Positions 39,571 to 49,490 of a DNA stretch of 64,000 nt are shown piece by piece (within the stretch, counting starts at the first letter, position 1; every line of letters begins with the position of its first letter). The notes under the pieces are model-generated. The model made no database searches and had not been told where the DNA came from. It saw only the letters and a list, made by a program, of their open reading frames with translations. Location of the stretch: NCBI GenBank assembly GCA_965238275.1, contig OZ250186.1:1888001-1952000 (forward strand), in the 5' to 3' direction. The translations under genes and the position numbers were made by a program. The stretch comes from Nitrosopumilus sp. (GTDB lineage Archaea > Thermoproteota > Nitrososphaeria > Nitrososphaerales > Nitrosopumilaceae).

Positions 39571-40932
39571 TTGTTTCCTGTTTAAAATAGATCAAACTTA
39601 TCAATCACCACATGAACAAAACAAAAATCTCCTTTGAAGGTGAGGAATCTGCCCTCAAAAAAACTCGGGTTAAAGATTTTCCTGTACCAGCAGATAAAAA
39701 ACCGGTTCAAACTCGTCAACAGAAAATTTCGTAATTGTTTCGCTTTTTGAAGTGCCCCCGATGGCCTAGCGGACATCCATGGTGCCGGGAATGAATCTAA
39801 TGATTTCGTGCTCGGGACGACAAAGTTAGGCCGTCGCGATCCAAATATGAGTGGGTGCCAATCCCTTCGAGAATTGCAAATGAAGGAATCGGCACGCCAG
39901 ACATGCTTGGAGGTGGAAGAATTTAAGGCAACGCACGAGCCCTCCTTGCCCTTACCACAAATCCCACCGGATGCAGGGGCGTGCATGAAATCAGGATGCA
40001 GGTGCTGCCGGTTCTGGGCAAGGGTGCTTGGTGACACGATCGGTTTGGCAGGCAAGATCCCGAAGGCTGCTGCTGCTGCTGCTGCCGAAGTTGCAGGCAG
40101 ACCATGTACCGGCTGCAAGGAGATCGAGGGCCTGCAGGCACTCGTCTCATCCCTCACAGAGGACAACAAGAGGTACGCCAAGGCCAACAGGGAGCTTAAC
40201 GCCAAGGCCAACAGGATCAACATCCCCACCGTGACCAAGAAAAAGGCAGGCCCAAGGAAGGCCGGCAGGCCCAAGGGGCAAAAACCCACCATCAACTGCA
40301 GGCCAAAACGCGTCGACCGCGTCGAGGAGATCGACTGCAAGGAATGTCCCGACTGTGGCAACGACAATCTTTCGGACGTGACTGACAGGTACGATCGCAT
40401 CGTGACTGTCATGCGCGTCATACTGGAAAACGTCAGGTACGTCATCAAGCGGCGCTGGTGCCGCGGGTGCAAAAAACAGGTCTCTGGAAGGGTTCCCGGC
40501 GCGGCAAAACACGCGCGCCGTTCATCAAACTTTGATGCGGCCATGACGTCCCTGAACATGAACGGTTTGTCGCATGCCAGGGCCGCAGAATTTGGCAGTG
40601 ACGCGTGGGGGCACAAAATCTCGCGCCCGTCTGCATACCGCGGCAAGATCAGGCAGGCAGAGCGCATGGCACCGGAGCGTGATTCTGTAAGAAAGCGCGT
40701 GTTAGAGGCGCCACACCTGAACGCAGACGAATTCCACTGGCCGTTGGGCGGCAAACGCGGCTACGGGATAGTGGCCCTGGCAAAAGACGCCTGCCTCGTG
40801 GAGGTGACCGGCTCGCGGGGCATCAAGACGCTTTGCCACACACTCCCGGACTACGGTGGAACCATAACGCAGGACTCGTATGCAGGATGGCTCCACGTGG
40901 GATCGTGCCGCCAGATGTGCGTGTGGCACCAG

Positions 40933-42102
40933 AGACATAATCCGTAATTGGGTATAACCACACGATTGGACGCATTGCAGGACAAATCCGGTTGATTGCA
41001 CGGAATTGCATGTCAATTCGAACTTACCCGATGATCAAAACTATACGTCAGCCGTGTTTTATTCTGATTGCCCATGTCAAAGCATGTCATTATACGACAA
41101 ATTAGCAAAAAAGCCCAAACTGTTCATCCGGTGCACTGGACTGACAGTCTCCGAATTTAATTTGGTGGCAGGGCGGCTGGCAAAAAAATACCCCAGGGCA
41201 GAGCAAAAGCGACTCTCCAAAAGAAGCAGGATGCGCGGCATTGGTGCCGGACGCAGGTGGAAACTGGATCTGAAAAACAGGTTTCTTCTGGTCCTGTTTT
41301 ATTACAGGACATACGCCACACAGGATCTTCTTGCCATGGTGTTTCAGGTGGGCCAGGCTAGCGTGTCCCGCAGCATGGGGGCACTGGAGCCGTCGATCCG
41401 GCAGTGCGTTCCGCTTCCGTCAAAGATCTACGCCAGCATCAAGGCCACCAAGACGCTTGACGATCTTGAGGAGATCATTCCGGGCCTGACTGCCCTGATT
41501 GATGCCTCCGAGCAGCAGATACAACGTCCCGGGCGCAAGGACATGGAACGGTCCCACTACTCGGGCAAGGCACACAGGCACACGTCCAAGGTCCAGTACA
41601 CATCGGCCACGGACGGCCTCATCCTTCACAAGACGGCATTCCCCGGGCAGGATCCACGACTTTGCAGTATTCAAAAAGAAACACCCGACATTCCCTGACA
41701 ACCTTCCACGCAAGGACGGGAGCAAGGACAAGAAAAGGATCAAGGTCAGAGAGATCCTGGATGGCGGATACCAGGGGATCAACAAGGAGTTTCCTGACCG
41801 GGATGCCGTAGTGCCGTACAAGAAGCAAAAAGGTGCAGAATTGTCCCCCGAGCAGAAGGAATTCAACAAAAAACACTCAAAGGTACGGGTGTATGTGGAG
41901 CACGCCATCCGCAGGGTCAAACGGTTTCGCATAATGGGCGGTGTCTACCGAAACCGCCTGAAAAAATATGACACCATCAATGACATCGTTTGCGGATTTG
42001 CCAACCTCAGGGTTCTCCTAGTCCGGGAAGCAATCGGGTAGGAGTCAAAAAACCTACACAATATAGGAAAATATGCATAATTTCTAATTACGGATTATGT
42101 CT
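40933..42102 (+). mobile_element. ISL2-like insertion sequence
   Basis: 17-bp TIR AGACATAATCCGTAATT; 3-bp TSD CAG (40930-40932, 42103-42105). Confidence 0.92.
41084..42041 (+). pseudogene. ISL2-like transposase with a frameshift near 41635
   Basis: IDASEQ/YSGKAHRH in frame 1; PGRIHD/DGGYQG/RVYVEHAI in frame 2. Confidence 0.82.
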
Positions 42103-42683
42103 CAGGAACGCCTGGTGCAAAAGGACGTCCTGACCAACCCCAAAGGTGACGTTCCAAAGTTTCTGGACAGGCTGTCGGCAATCCACGATAAGATTTATCG
42201 CGCATCCAGAATCGAGGACGGGCACACGAGGATCGTCGCGGCCCACTGCATAGACGCGGAGCTGCGCGGGCTGATGAACGAACCGTTTGCAGACGATGGG
42301 CACGGCACCATCGCCAGACACAAGAAGAGGAACCCCCGGGAGGGATACTTTATGACCACCTGCCTGCACGTGGACGGCATCGAGCCGGACAACAACGCAG
42401 TGGAGAGGGTCAACCGGAGGTTTGTGGCCATAAGGAGCGACGGGGGCGGAAACCGCTCCCAGAAGGGCATGGATGCCAACTCGATCCTGTTCACGCTGCT
42501 GGCAACTGACAGGATCAACGCGAACAGTTTCTTTGATCATCTGGTCCGCTCGTCCTCTGGAGACAGTTGAGGCATCATCTGACGGCACGTATGGTGCATC
42601 ACGGGAAAAAAGATTCCACGGCAAGGGAAAGGCTGCACCTGCTCCACTGTTAGGCAGGCCACTTCAAAAAGCGAAACTGTTAC

Positions 42684-43001
42684 CAAAATCCATCCATGGC
42701 TGCCCTGCATGTCCTGCGCGACCCCCACAGCACCGGTTGCCTGACACATGTCAGGCCGCCGTGCCGGCCCGCCACCCGATTCGGGCACAACGCACCACGC
42801 CCGACAGCACCAAAAAAGGCCCACTTCGCAAGTCCGATCACCGGATCGGCCAAAATGCAGCTCAGCCGAGCCTCATCCCCGCCCGGAAAAAACCCTGAAT
42901 AATGCCAATTAAATGGGCATTTATGGCCGAAAACGTAGCTCAGTTGGTAATTAATCGGGGCAGATCAGGCACGAAATCGCTTCGCAAAGGCGACCTCTTA
43001 C
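42684..43001 (+). mobile_element. isolated right end of IS66 family A
   Basis: matches ~11020-11337 including the terminal GGCGACCTCTTAC. Confidence 0.9.
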
Positions 43002-43041
43002 GAAAAAAGGGCCTTTTATGCATGGGAGTGGTGTTGGGTAG

Positions 43042-44166
43042 ATGTTCGGAAGAAAGAGGCAAAAGCAGCAGGAGGTTTCCGACACCAGTGTCCGCACCCA
43101 CGAGTCCGGATATATCATGCGGATCGGCGAGAGCCTGGTGCTGGCTCAGGAAGCCACGTCTCCAGAGGGCAACGGCTGGTTGTTGGCGACCAACAAGTCG
43201 CTTTTCTTCATCCACGGCAGCCGAGGCGTCTACCTGTACTTGGATCACGGCATGATCAAGTCGTTGGGGAACGAGAAGGGTAAGATTACCATCAAGTGGC
43301 TGGAGAAGGGTCGGCAGTTCGAGTTCCAGATGAGGCTGAAAGATGGGTTTTATACACCAAACGAGGCAGTCAACACACTCAACACGCGGTTCCAATACGC
43401 GGGGTCGGCATTCGAGCACATCGAACTGACCGGGAAGGAGATCTGGGAAGCCAGGAAAGACAGGCTTGAACGCATAGGACGGATATTGGGAAACATACGG
43501 AAGGAAGTAACCAGGCTGCAGCAGAAGAAAGAACTGGACCAAGAAGAACAGAAGGACCTAAAACGGGCCTTGTTCCATCAAACCGCGGCCGCCAAAAACG
43601 AGAGGTGTATTACGTCCATGCCGTTCGTGCGTTCTGCCAAGGTTCCAGCGCACGTTCCGCTTACCATGGTCTGGAATGATTGTTACTTTGACAACAAGAG
43701 GAAGTTGTACGTTACGTTCCGTAGGTTCCGCAACGGCTTGGGTCCGGAAACACTGGCCGACCAGAAGAAGTTGAATCCGGACGGTGAAGGCACGGTGTTT
43801 CCCATAGACATGGTGGACTTTCGTCACGGCTACCCCGCTATCGAAGTGAAGACCGAAGACGGGCACTATACTGCCAGCCTGTTGTGCACCATGGCCGAGG
43901 AGATGATTACCGAAGAGCTTGTCACTGCACTGTTGGGCACCCACGTTTCCTGGGACAACAGCGAAGAGGCGTACATGGGGCGGGTCTGGTACGAGACCGA
44001 AGCCACGCGCTGGATAGGGGGAGGCTTCTTCAAGATGACGGACGCCGAACGCGAAAAAGCGATAAAACACATTCCGTGGCTGAAAAACACCAATGATCCG
44101 GGCATTCCCTGGACAAAACCGTACAAGATCATTCCATTGAATGAAGGACAAGCAGCCAAACTGTAG
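43042..44166 (+). CDS. hypothetical protein (possible PH-like N-terminus, coiled coil, unknown C-terminal domain)
   Basis: 374 aa; GWLLATNKSLFF beta-rich motif; clear paralog at 46557-47335. Confidence 0.75.
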   Translation: MFGRKRQKQQEVSDTSVRTHESGYIMRIGESLVLAQEATSPEGNGWLLATNKSLFFIHGSRGVYLYLDHGMIKSLGNEKGKITIKWLEKGRQFEFQMRLKDGFYTPNEAVNTLNTRFQYAGSAFEHIELTGKEIWEARKDRLERIGRILGNIRKEVTRLQQKKELDQEEQKDLKRALFHQTAAAKNERCITSMPFVRSAKVPAHVPLTMVWNDCYFDNKRKLYVTFRRFRNGLGPETLADQKKLNPDGEGTVFPIDMVDFRHGYPAIEVKTEDGHYTASLLCTMAEEMITEELVTALLGTHVSWDNSEEAYMGRVWYETEATRWIGGGFFKMTDAEREKAIKHIPWLKNTNDPGIPWTKPYKIIPLNEGQAAKL

Positions 44167-44468
44167 GGCCATGCAGGCAACATGGCTCGCACCACATTCC
44201 GGCCGCACATAAATACGGATTCCGCAATCACTGATGTGGAAAGATCATGGTTCAGCCGATCCCGACGACGTCGTGGAACGCTGCAAGGTATTTTGGCATC
44301 TCCGGTATTGCCAACCCGTCCCACCTTGCCAGGCCGGTCATGACCCAAAAGAACACGTGGCCGGCGTACCATAATCTGGAGGGCGTTTCAGTCGTCGGTG
44401 TTTGTCCCATGGTTTTACGGCCCGGTGAGCGCAAAAGGCCTTTTTTAACAGATGCCATTCCTGTCTGT

Positions 44469-45137
44469 ATGCTGCAGGAACTGGTATTCTTCAGGAACAC
44501 GTCAACCCTGGACGAGACGCTGTACACAAGTCCGGCCGGAAAGCTGTCGATACGGCAGACGATGATCCTCGGGGCCGGATGCGGCATTGTCATGCTGGCG
44601 GCCATGAACGCGTACAATGCAGACAACGACTTCATGGACGCGGCATACTACCTGCCGTTCCTGGCAATCCCGCTGGTGATCGGCCTGTACAAGCCCAAGA
44701 TACTGACCATGGACGAACTGCTCTATTCTGTCATGCTGTTTCTCATAAACGGCTCTTCGGTCAGGCAGATCCCCAAGCCAAAAAGGACCAGGGGCAAGGC
44801 AAGGGCGGTCAGGAACCCCAGCAGGCGCATTGGATATTACTCGCTGGAGCGGCAGTACGTTCAAAAGGAGAGGATCAGGGTCGTCACGGTGTCAGACCTG
44901 GGCAAGCCGACCAGGCTCAAACTGGTAATACAAAAGCCCGACGGCGGGGCCTTCAGGAACCATTTCGTCTCGATATACCTGGACGGCGTGCGCGTGACTG
45001 CGATGACCACGGACAGTGCAGGAGAAGTCGAGGCGCTCGTGACGCCAGGAACTGAAGGTAATCATTCACTGAAAGTCATGGCGAAAGGATACGACGAACC
45101 CGTCATAGACGGCGACATCAGGTTCAGGCGGGGATGA
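44469..45137 (+). CDS. PrgI-like membrane protein with C-terminal beta-sandwich
   Basis: DETL...GKLSIRQTMILGAG then two TM segments, then KPKILTMDELLYSVMLFL, the layout of PrgI/VirB3-like conjugation proteins. Confidence 0.5.
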   Translation: MLQELVFFRNTSTLDETLYTSPAGKLSIRQTMILGAGCGIVMLAAMNAYNADNDFMDAAYYLPFLAIPLVIGLYKPKILTMDELLYSVMLFLINGSSVRQIPKPKRTRGKARAVRNPSRRIGYYSLERQYVQKERIRVVTVSDLGKPTRLKLVIQKPDGGAFRNHFVSIYLDGVRVTAMTTDSAGEVEALVTPGTEGNHSLKVMAKGYDEPVIDGDIRFRRG

Positions 45138-45149
45138 GGTATTGTTAAC

Positions 45150-46496
45150 TTATCGGGGCCTGCCGGCAGTCCGGCGACTCCGAGCAATTTGAGATATCAC
45201 AAGACAGCCGCGCACTGGCGGTTCCTTCCTTGGAAGCCCGAACAAACGGGCGCCGTCCTCATGCTTGACGACGGCCATACCTGCCGCCGCGCCTCCCCGA
45301 ACCGATATGTTCACGGAGGCGTTTTCGTCCGCGTTCATTACGGACCTGCAACACGTGCAGTGGAAATCTGCCTGGTTTTCCCGGGATCTGGAATCTGTCG
45401 TTCCGCACCGGCAACATGTTTGGGACGTGTATGCTGCGGGCACAGTTTCATGGAGCGTGCCACTTTTTCTACAGCCCCATTCTATCGTATCCAGAAGGGA
45501 GCCGACGCGGGCGTATGCCATGCTGCGGTTCAAACCACGGTTACCCGGTGTGTCGTATTTTCGCTTCGCCATTGCCTGAAGGTTGAGATCCTCCACGACT
45601 ATCTTGCCGGCAAGTCCGGACAAAAAGCTCGCAGCCTGGCGCTCCCAGTTTTGGGCGCGGTTTGCAATCTTTTTGGCCTTGGTCTGGATTCTCCGGGTTA
45701 TTGATTTGTAATCCCGGGAGCCGCGCTTTTTCTTGGCTCGCTTGGAGTACAGTCTGGCAATGTCATCGTCCTTGTACCTTCTTGCATTTTCGGGCGGATC
45801 CATGAACCAGACGTGGTTGGTTCCGTCCTGCTGGAGCGAGACTGCCAGCGCGTGCTTTACGCCTGCGTCTATGCCGATAATCGGCCCGCCCACCTTCTTC
45901 TTCGGGGGATCGGGCTCGCGTATGCTGACGTGCAGTTCAATGTGGCCGTTCTTCCTTGTTAACGAGTACGACCGCATGTCCATGTCAGGCAGTCTGCGCG
46001 CGAGTTGGACTTGGCCAACGCCTGGAAGGTACAGCTTTCCACCATTCCGTGGTTTGGGTGTGGCCTGAGATATTACGGTATGCTGATTCTTGAACAATGT
46101 TTCGGGGTTCTTGCATCGTGGCTTGCGGCCGTCTTTGGCCAGTTTGCTTCTGGACCATCGCTTCTTCATGTTGGAGTATAGAAAACTGGAAACCGTTTCG
46201 CGCGCGCGGCAGCACGCGGCTCTCTGCAGGAGCGCGGGTCCCAGATTTTTGCCGCGCCTGAACTCGGTAAGCTTGTAATACGAATGGTACGTTCCGGGCA
46301 GGCTCGTCCATACCAGTCCGGGTATGGAATCCGGCTCCGCGCCCTGTTCCTCCAAAAACTCCCGCACGGTTTCTGCCTCGTCGTAGTACCACGCGACGGC
46401 GTGCTTGTAGACAATATCGTAATTTTTCCGCGCAGTCTCGAAGGAATCCTCGAACCTGGAATCATAGTATATTGGCACGCGGACGGTCTTGTACAT
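45150..46496 (-). CDS. tnpB: TnpB-family RNA-guided endonuclease
   Basis: RuvC-I IGIDAGV, RuvC-II VVEDL, YTSQTCCRCG..FHCTCC zinc finger, RuvC-III NADENASVNI. Confidence 0.88.
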   Translation of the reverse strand: MYKTVRVPIYYDSRFEDSFETARKNYDIVYKHAVAWYYDEAETVREFLEEQGAEPDSIPGLVWTSLPGTYHSYYKLTEFRRGKNLGPALLQRAACCRARETVSSFLYSNMKKRWSRSKLAKDGRKPRCKNPETLFKNQHTVISQATPKPRNGGKLYLPGVGQVQLARRLPDMDMRSYSLTRKNGHIELHVSIREPDPPKKKVGGPIIGIDAGVKHALAVSLQQDGTNHVWFMDPPENARRYKDDDIARLYSKRAKKKRGSRDYKSITRRIQTKAKKIANRAQNWERQAASFLSGLAGKIVVEDLNLQAMAKRKYDTPGNRGLNRSMAYARVGSLLDTIEWGCRKSGTLHETVPAAYTSQTCCRCGTTDSRSRENQADFHCTCCRSVMNADENASVNISVRGGAAAGMAVVKHEDGARLFGLPRKEPPVRGCLVISQIARSRRTAGRPR

Positions 46497-46556
46497 ACAG
46501 AATTATGGGCCGCATTTCATTTAAGCGCGGCAGAACTCATTACAAGTGATCACGGT

Positions 46557-47335
46557 CTAGGGTTTGGCAGCCTGTTCCTCATTCAATGGGATGATCTTGT
46601 ACGGCTTGATCCATGGAATATCGGGGTTGTTGGTGTATGCAAGCCAGGGCAGGTACTTCAAGCATATCTCCCGTTCTTTTTCCGTCAATTTGAAGAACTT
46701 GCCGCCTATCCGGCGCGGGGTCTCGGTCTCGTAATAGACAGAGCCCATGTTTATCAAGTCCTTTCTGTCAAAATAATGTTGAAGTTTAAACAATGTAATG
46801 ACAAGATCTTCTGTAATCATTTCCTCCGATAGTGTGCAGAGGATGCTGGTGCAATAATGACCATTTTTTGTCTCCCCTTGGAAAAGATCTAATGTTGCAA
46901 GTTTAAACAATGTAAGTGCCACTACCACTACCTGGATCATTTCCTCCGATACCGCTGGATATCCATAACAAAATGTCATTTCGCCCTGTGGGATCACTAC
47001 TCCCTCACAATCGGGATTGAGTTCCTTTTGGTTCGCTAGCATCTTTGGACCCAGGCCGTCGCGGAACTTGCGGAATGTGACGAAGACTTTCCTTTTTTTG
47101 TCATAATAACAATCATTCCAAATGTACTTGAGTGGGATATGGGCAGGGATTTTGGTAGATTTAACAACCGGCATCATTTCAGCATATTTTACATTTTGAC
47201 TGTAGTCTATCGCTAGACGTTGAAGAATCTCAAGTTCTTTTTTAGTCTCCTCGTTAAGTTGATCATTCTTTAGTTTTTCAATATCGTTCTGCAAATCCTC
47301 CAACTCCTTTTTATGAATACTAACCCTGTCCTTCC
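46557..47335 (-). pseudogene. paralog of 43042-44166, 5' part cut off by the tnpB element
   Basis: shared RKDR, WNDCY.D, FR.FR.GLGP, EEMITE.L, YETE, DIPW.KPYKIIPLNE.QAAK. Confidence 0.8.
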
Positions 47336-48783
47336 TATAGCGGCGAGCGAAAGTTCGTGCAAACAGATCTCTCTGTAGCATGTCCTGATGCTCTTTCCGG
47401 CGCTCTGTCAGACCTTCCAATATTGTCGTCGTTGTCGGATCCAAGCCGACCTGTCGAATTGTTCATTCCAGAACTATCCGATCCGTGATCCTCGCGCCTT
47501 GTGACGACCTCGACACCTGCAATGGTGCCTCCACGATTCCCGTGGGCTTGGCCGCCAGTCTCCTCCGTATGGAGACAGTCATTATCCAAAATGTTTTTTG
47601 CCGCGTTCTTGTCGGCATGGTGGCACCATCCGCATGAGACGCAGACAAATGATTCGCCGTTCCTGGATTTCTTGTCCACTACCCCGCAGGCAGCGCATCT
47701 CTGGCTTGTATGTGCGTGTTCCACGCGTCTTGAAATTCCGCCTTTCTTTTTCATCTGCCATTCAAGCTGGATCCTGAACTCGCCCATTCTGGAATAGGCC
47801 ATCTCGCGGTTCAACCCCGTCTTTGAAGCCGCCCCGTTGGATCGCCTCATCTTGGTCAAATCCAGATCTTCCAAGAACAATACGGACAGTCCTTTTGTTA
47901 TCCGCCTGGCAATGTCGATCTCGTTGTGTTTTTGCCTGTTTGATATCTTTTTCAATTCATGCGTTACCTTGCGGCCGATCTCTTTCCATCTTCTGGAGCC
48001 TGCCTGGCATCTTGATCTAAGTGATTTCAGCTGATCAATCCTGTCGCCGTCATGCCTCTTGCAGCCTCCGGGGACATTGTGCAGTTTTTCGTTCCCATGC
48101 TCGTCTGCGACTGCCGCAAGGTGCCTGACTCCAAGATCCAGCCCTGCCTTGCATCCGCCGCCGCCACCACCGCCTGTCGCGGGTTCGGGGTCTGGGACTT
48201 CTATCTGCAAATGCAGTTTGAATTCGCGATCACCATCCTTGGTCTTACGCGTGACCTTGCCTGTGGTGTCAATCATCTGGAATGACACGAGCCTGCCTTC
48301 CGGAGCCTTCGTGCGTGGCCTTGCTTCCCAGAGTCCGGGCAGAAATACGGCTCCACTGTCTCGCAGTTTTGGCTTTCCGCGTGAATTCAGCGAGCGCAGC
48401 CTGGTTGTTTTCCTGCCGCGCCTCATCAGGCTGGACGGCTCGGTCCACCGATTGTGCTTGTACGTCTTCTTGTTCCCCAGCTTGATCTGCTTCTTGCGCC
48501 AGATGCGCTTGTTGTGCTTGAGCCGGTTTGCCTTGCGGAATTTGACTGCCGCCTGGAAAGCCTGTTTTGAGGCGGCCTCATGCATGTGGACGCTGCTGGC
48601 CAGGTTGAATTCCCTGCGCCATCCTGTTATCAGGTTGTTGACATCAAACTGTGTGATCCGTGAGTGTGCAAGTTTCATCATGATTGTCATGTCGTAAATG
48701 ATGTCTGTTTCCCGGGAGCATTTCACGATCTTGCGTGACAGTTCCCGAGATTGTGTTATCTTGATGATTTTACTGACAATCAT
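47335..48783 (-). CDS. tnpB: TnpB-family RNA-guided endonuclease
   Basis: GLDLGV, LFLEDL, HTSQRCAACG..FVCVSCG, HADKNAAKNI; ~85-aa tail running to the element end. Confidence 0.88.
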   Translation of the reverse strand: MIVSKIIKITQSRELSRKIVKCSRETDIIYDMTIMMKLAHSRITQFDVNNLITGWRREFNLASSVHMHEAASKQAFQAAVKFRKANRLKHNKRIWRKKQIKLGNKKTYKHNRWTEPSSLMRRGRKTTRLRSLNSRGKPKLRDSGAVFLPGLWEARPRTKAPEGRLVSFQMIDTTGKVTRKTKDGDREFKLHLQIEVPDPEPATGGGGGGGCKAGLDLGVRHLAAVADEHGNEKLHNVPGGCKRHDGDRIDQLKSLRSRCQAGSRRWKEIGRKVTHELKKISNRQKHNEIDIARRITKGLSVLFLEDLDLTKMRRSNGAASKTGLNREMAYSRMGEFRIQLEWQMKKKGGISRRVEHAHTSQRCAACGVVDKKSRNGESFVCVSCGWCHHADKNAAKNILDNDCLHTEETGGQAHGNRGGTIAGVEVVTRREDHGSDSSGMNNSTGRLGSDNDDNIGRSDRAPERASGHATERSVCTNFRSPL

Positions 48784-48851
48784 ACCTGTAGTTGGGATTT
48801 ATTTTCTTAAAAAGGATCTCAAAAAATTGCACGAACTTTCGCTTTTCACTA
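47338..48851 (-). mobile_element. non-autonomous TIR element with IS630-type ends carrying only tnpB
   Basis: perfect 17-bp inverted core AGCGAAAGTTCGTGCAA (47346-47362, 48827-48843); CCTATAG at both termini; TA at 47336-47337 and 48852-48853. Confidence 0.78.
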
Positions 48852-49244
48852 TAGGATGCTGCCATACATCCCATGCATTTTTTGACACGTAATGCAGATA
48901 AGGGATCATGGACGTCGGGTGCGGGCTCCACGACAGCAACATGGAAGTCAAGGACTAGTGTCCTGCATGCGGTGCGTCTAAGACGGTACTGGTTCGTGTC
49001 CTGTTTGCCTGCAGCGATGGGCGGCCGTGGCAAAGTTGCCATTGGGCGGGAAAAATTTTTCCCATTCAATGGAAATCCGGGCAGCCGTGCAGAATTCGGC
49101 GTCATAAACTGCCGCCTGGCGTGCTGAAGGTGTATCTGGTGTGGATGCAAGGAATGCGTTGGCAACGGACAGAATCTCATAAAAGAAAGTTATAGCGCTC
49201 CCGCTATGCTGCTTAAATGCCGAGCGATTCTTGTCGGTGTGGGA

Positions 49245-49460
49245 ATGCACGTCAAAAAAATAAAGAAAGGACGGTACCTGTATTTTACCGAGATGCAGGG
49301 CGGCAAAAAAGTGGAGACGTACTGCGGCTCCGTTGACAGCCCTGCCTCGAAACTTAAGGTGCTGTCGTTGGAGAAGAAAAGATTGGAAAGGACACAGCAG
49401 GAGGATCTGGCCAACTTGGAGGCAATCCAGCTGCAGTTGGAGCCAATGACGGTCGCCTAG
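49245..49460 (+). CDS. small basic protein of the archaeal plasmid/virus type
   Basis: KKIKKGRYLYF....GKKVETYCG beta-hairpin motif followed by a coiled coil. Confidence 0.55.
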   Translation: MHVKKIKKGRYLYFTEMQGGKKVETYCGSVDSPASKLKVLSLEKKRLERTQQEDLANLEAIQLQLEPMTVA

Positions 49461-49490
49461 CCTCTTTTAAGTAGGACGGCCACGGAATGC

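Larger units (their letters stand above)
39731..42683 (+). mobile_element. IS66 family B copy 3, interrupted by an ISL2-like element
   Basis: both TIRs present; transposase split into 39808-40932 and 42106-42570; flanks AAAATTTC and CAAAATCC do not match. Confidence 0.9.

Noticed and set aside
46775-46955. Diversity-generating retroelement TR/VR pair
   Set aside because: No reverse transcriptase in the window and the differences are not adenine-specific
47336-47444. N-terminus of the track ORF 46557-47444
   Set aside because: These codons lie inside the tnpB element, so this is a fortuitous fusion and not the original start
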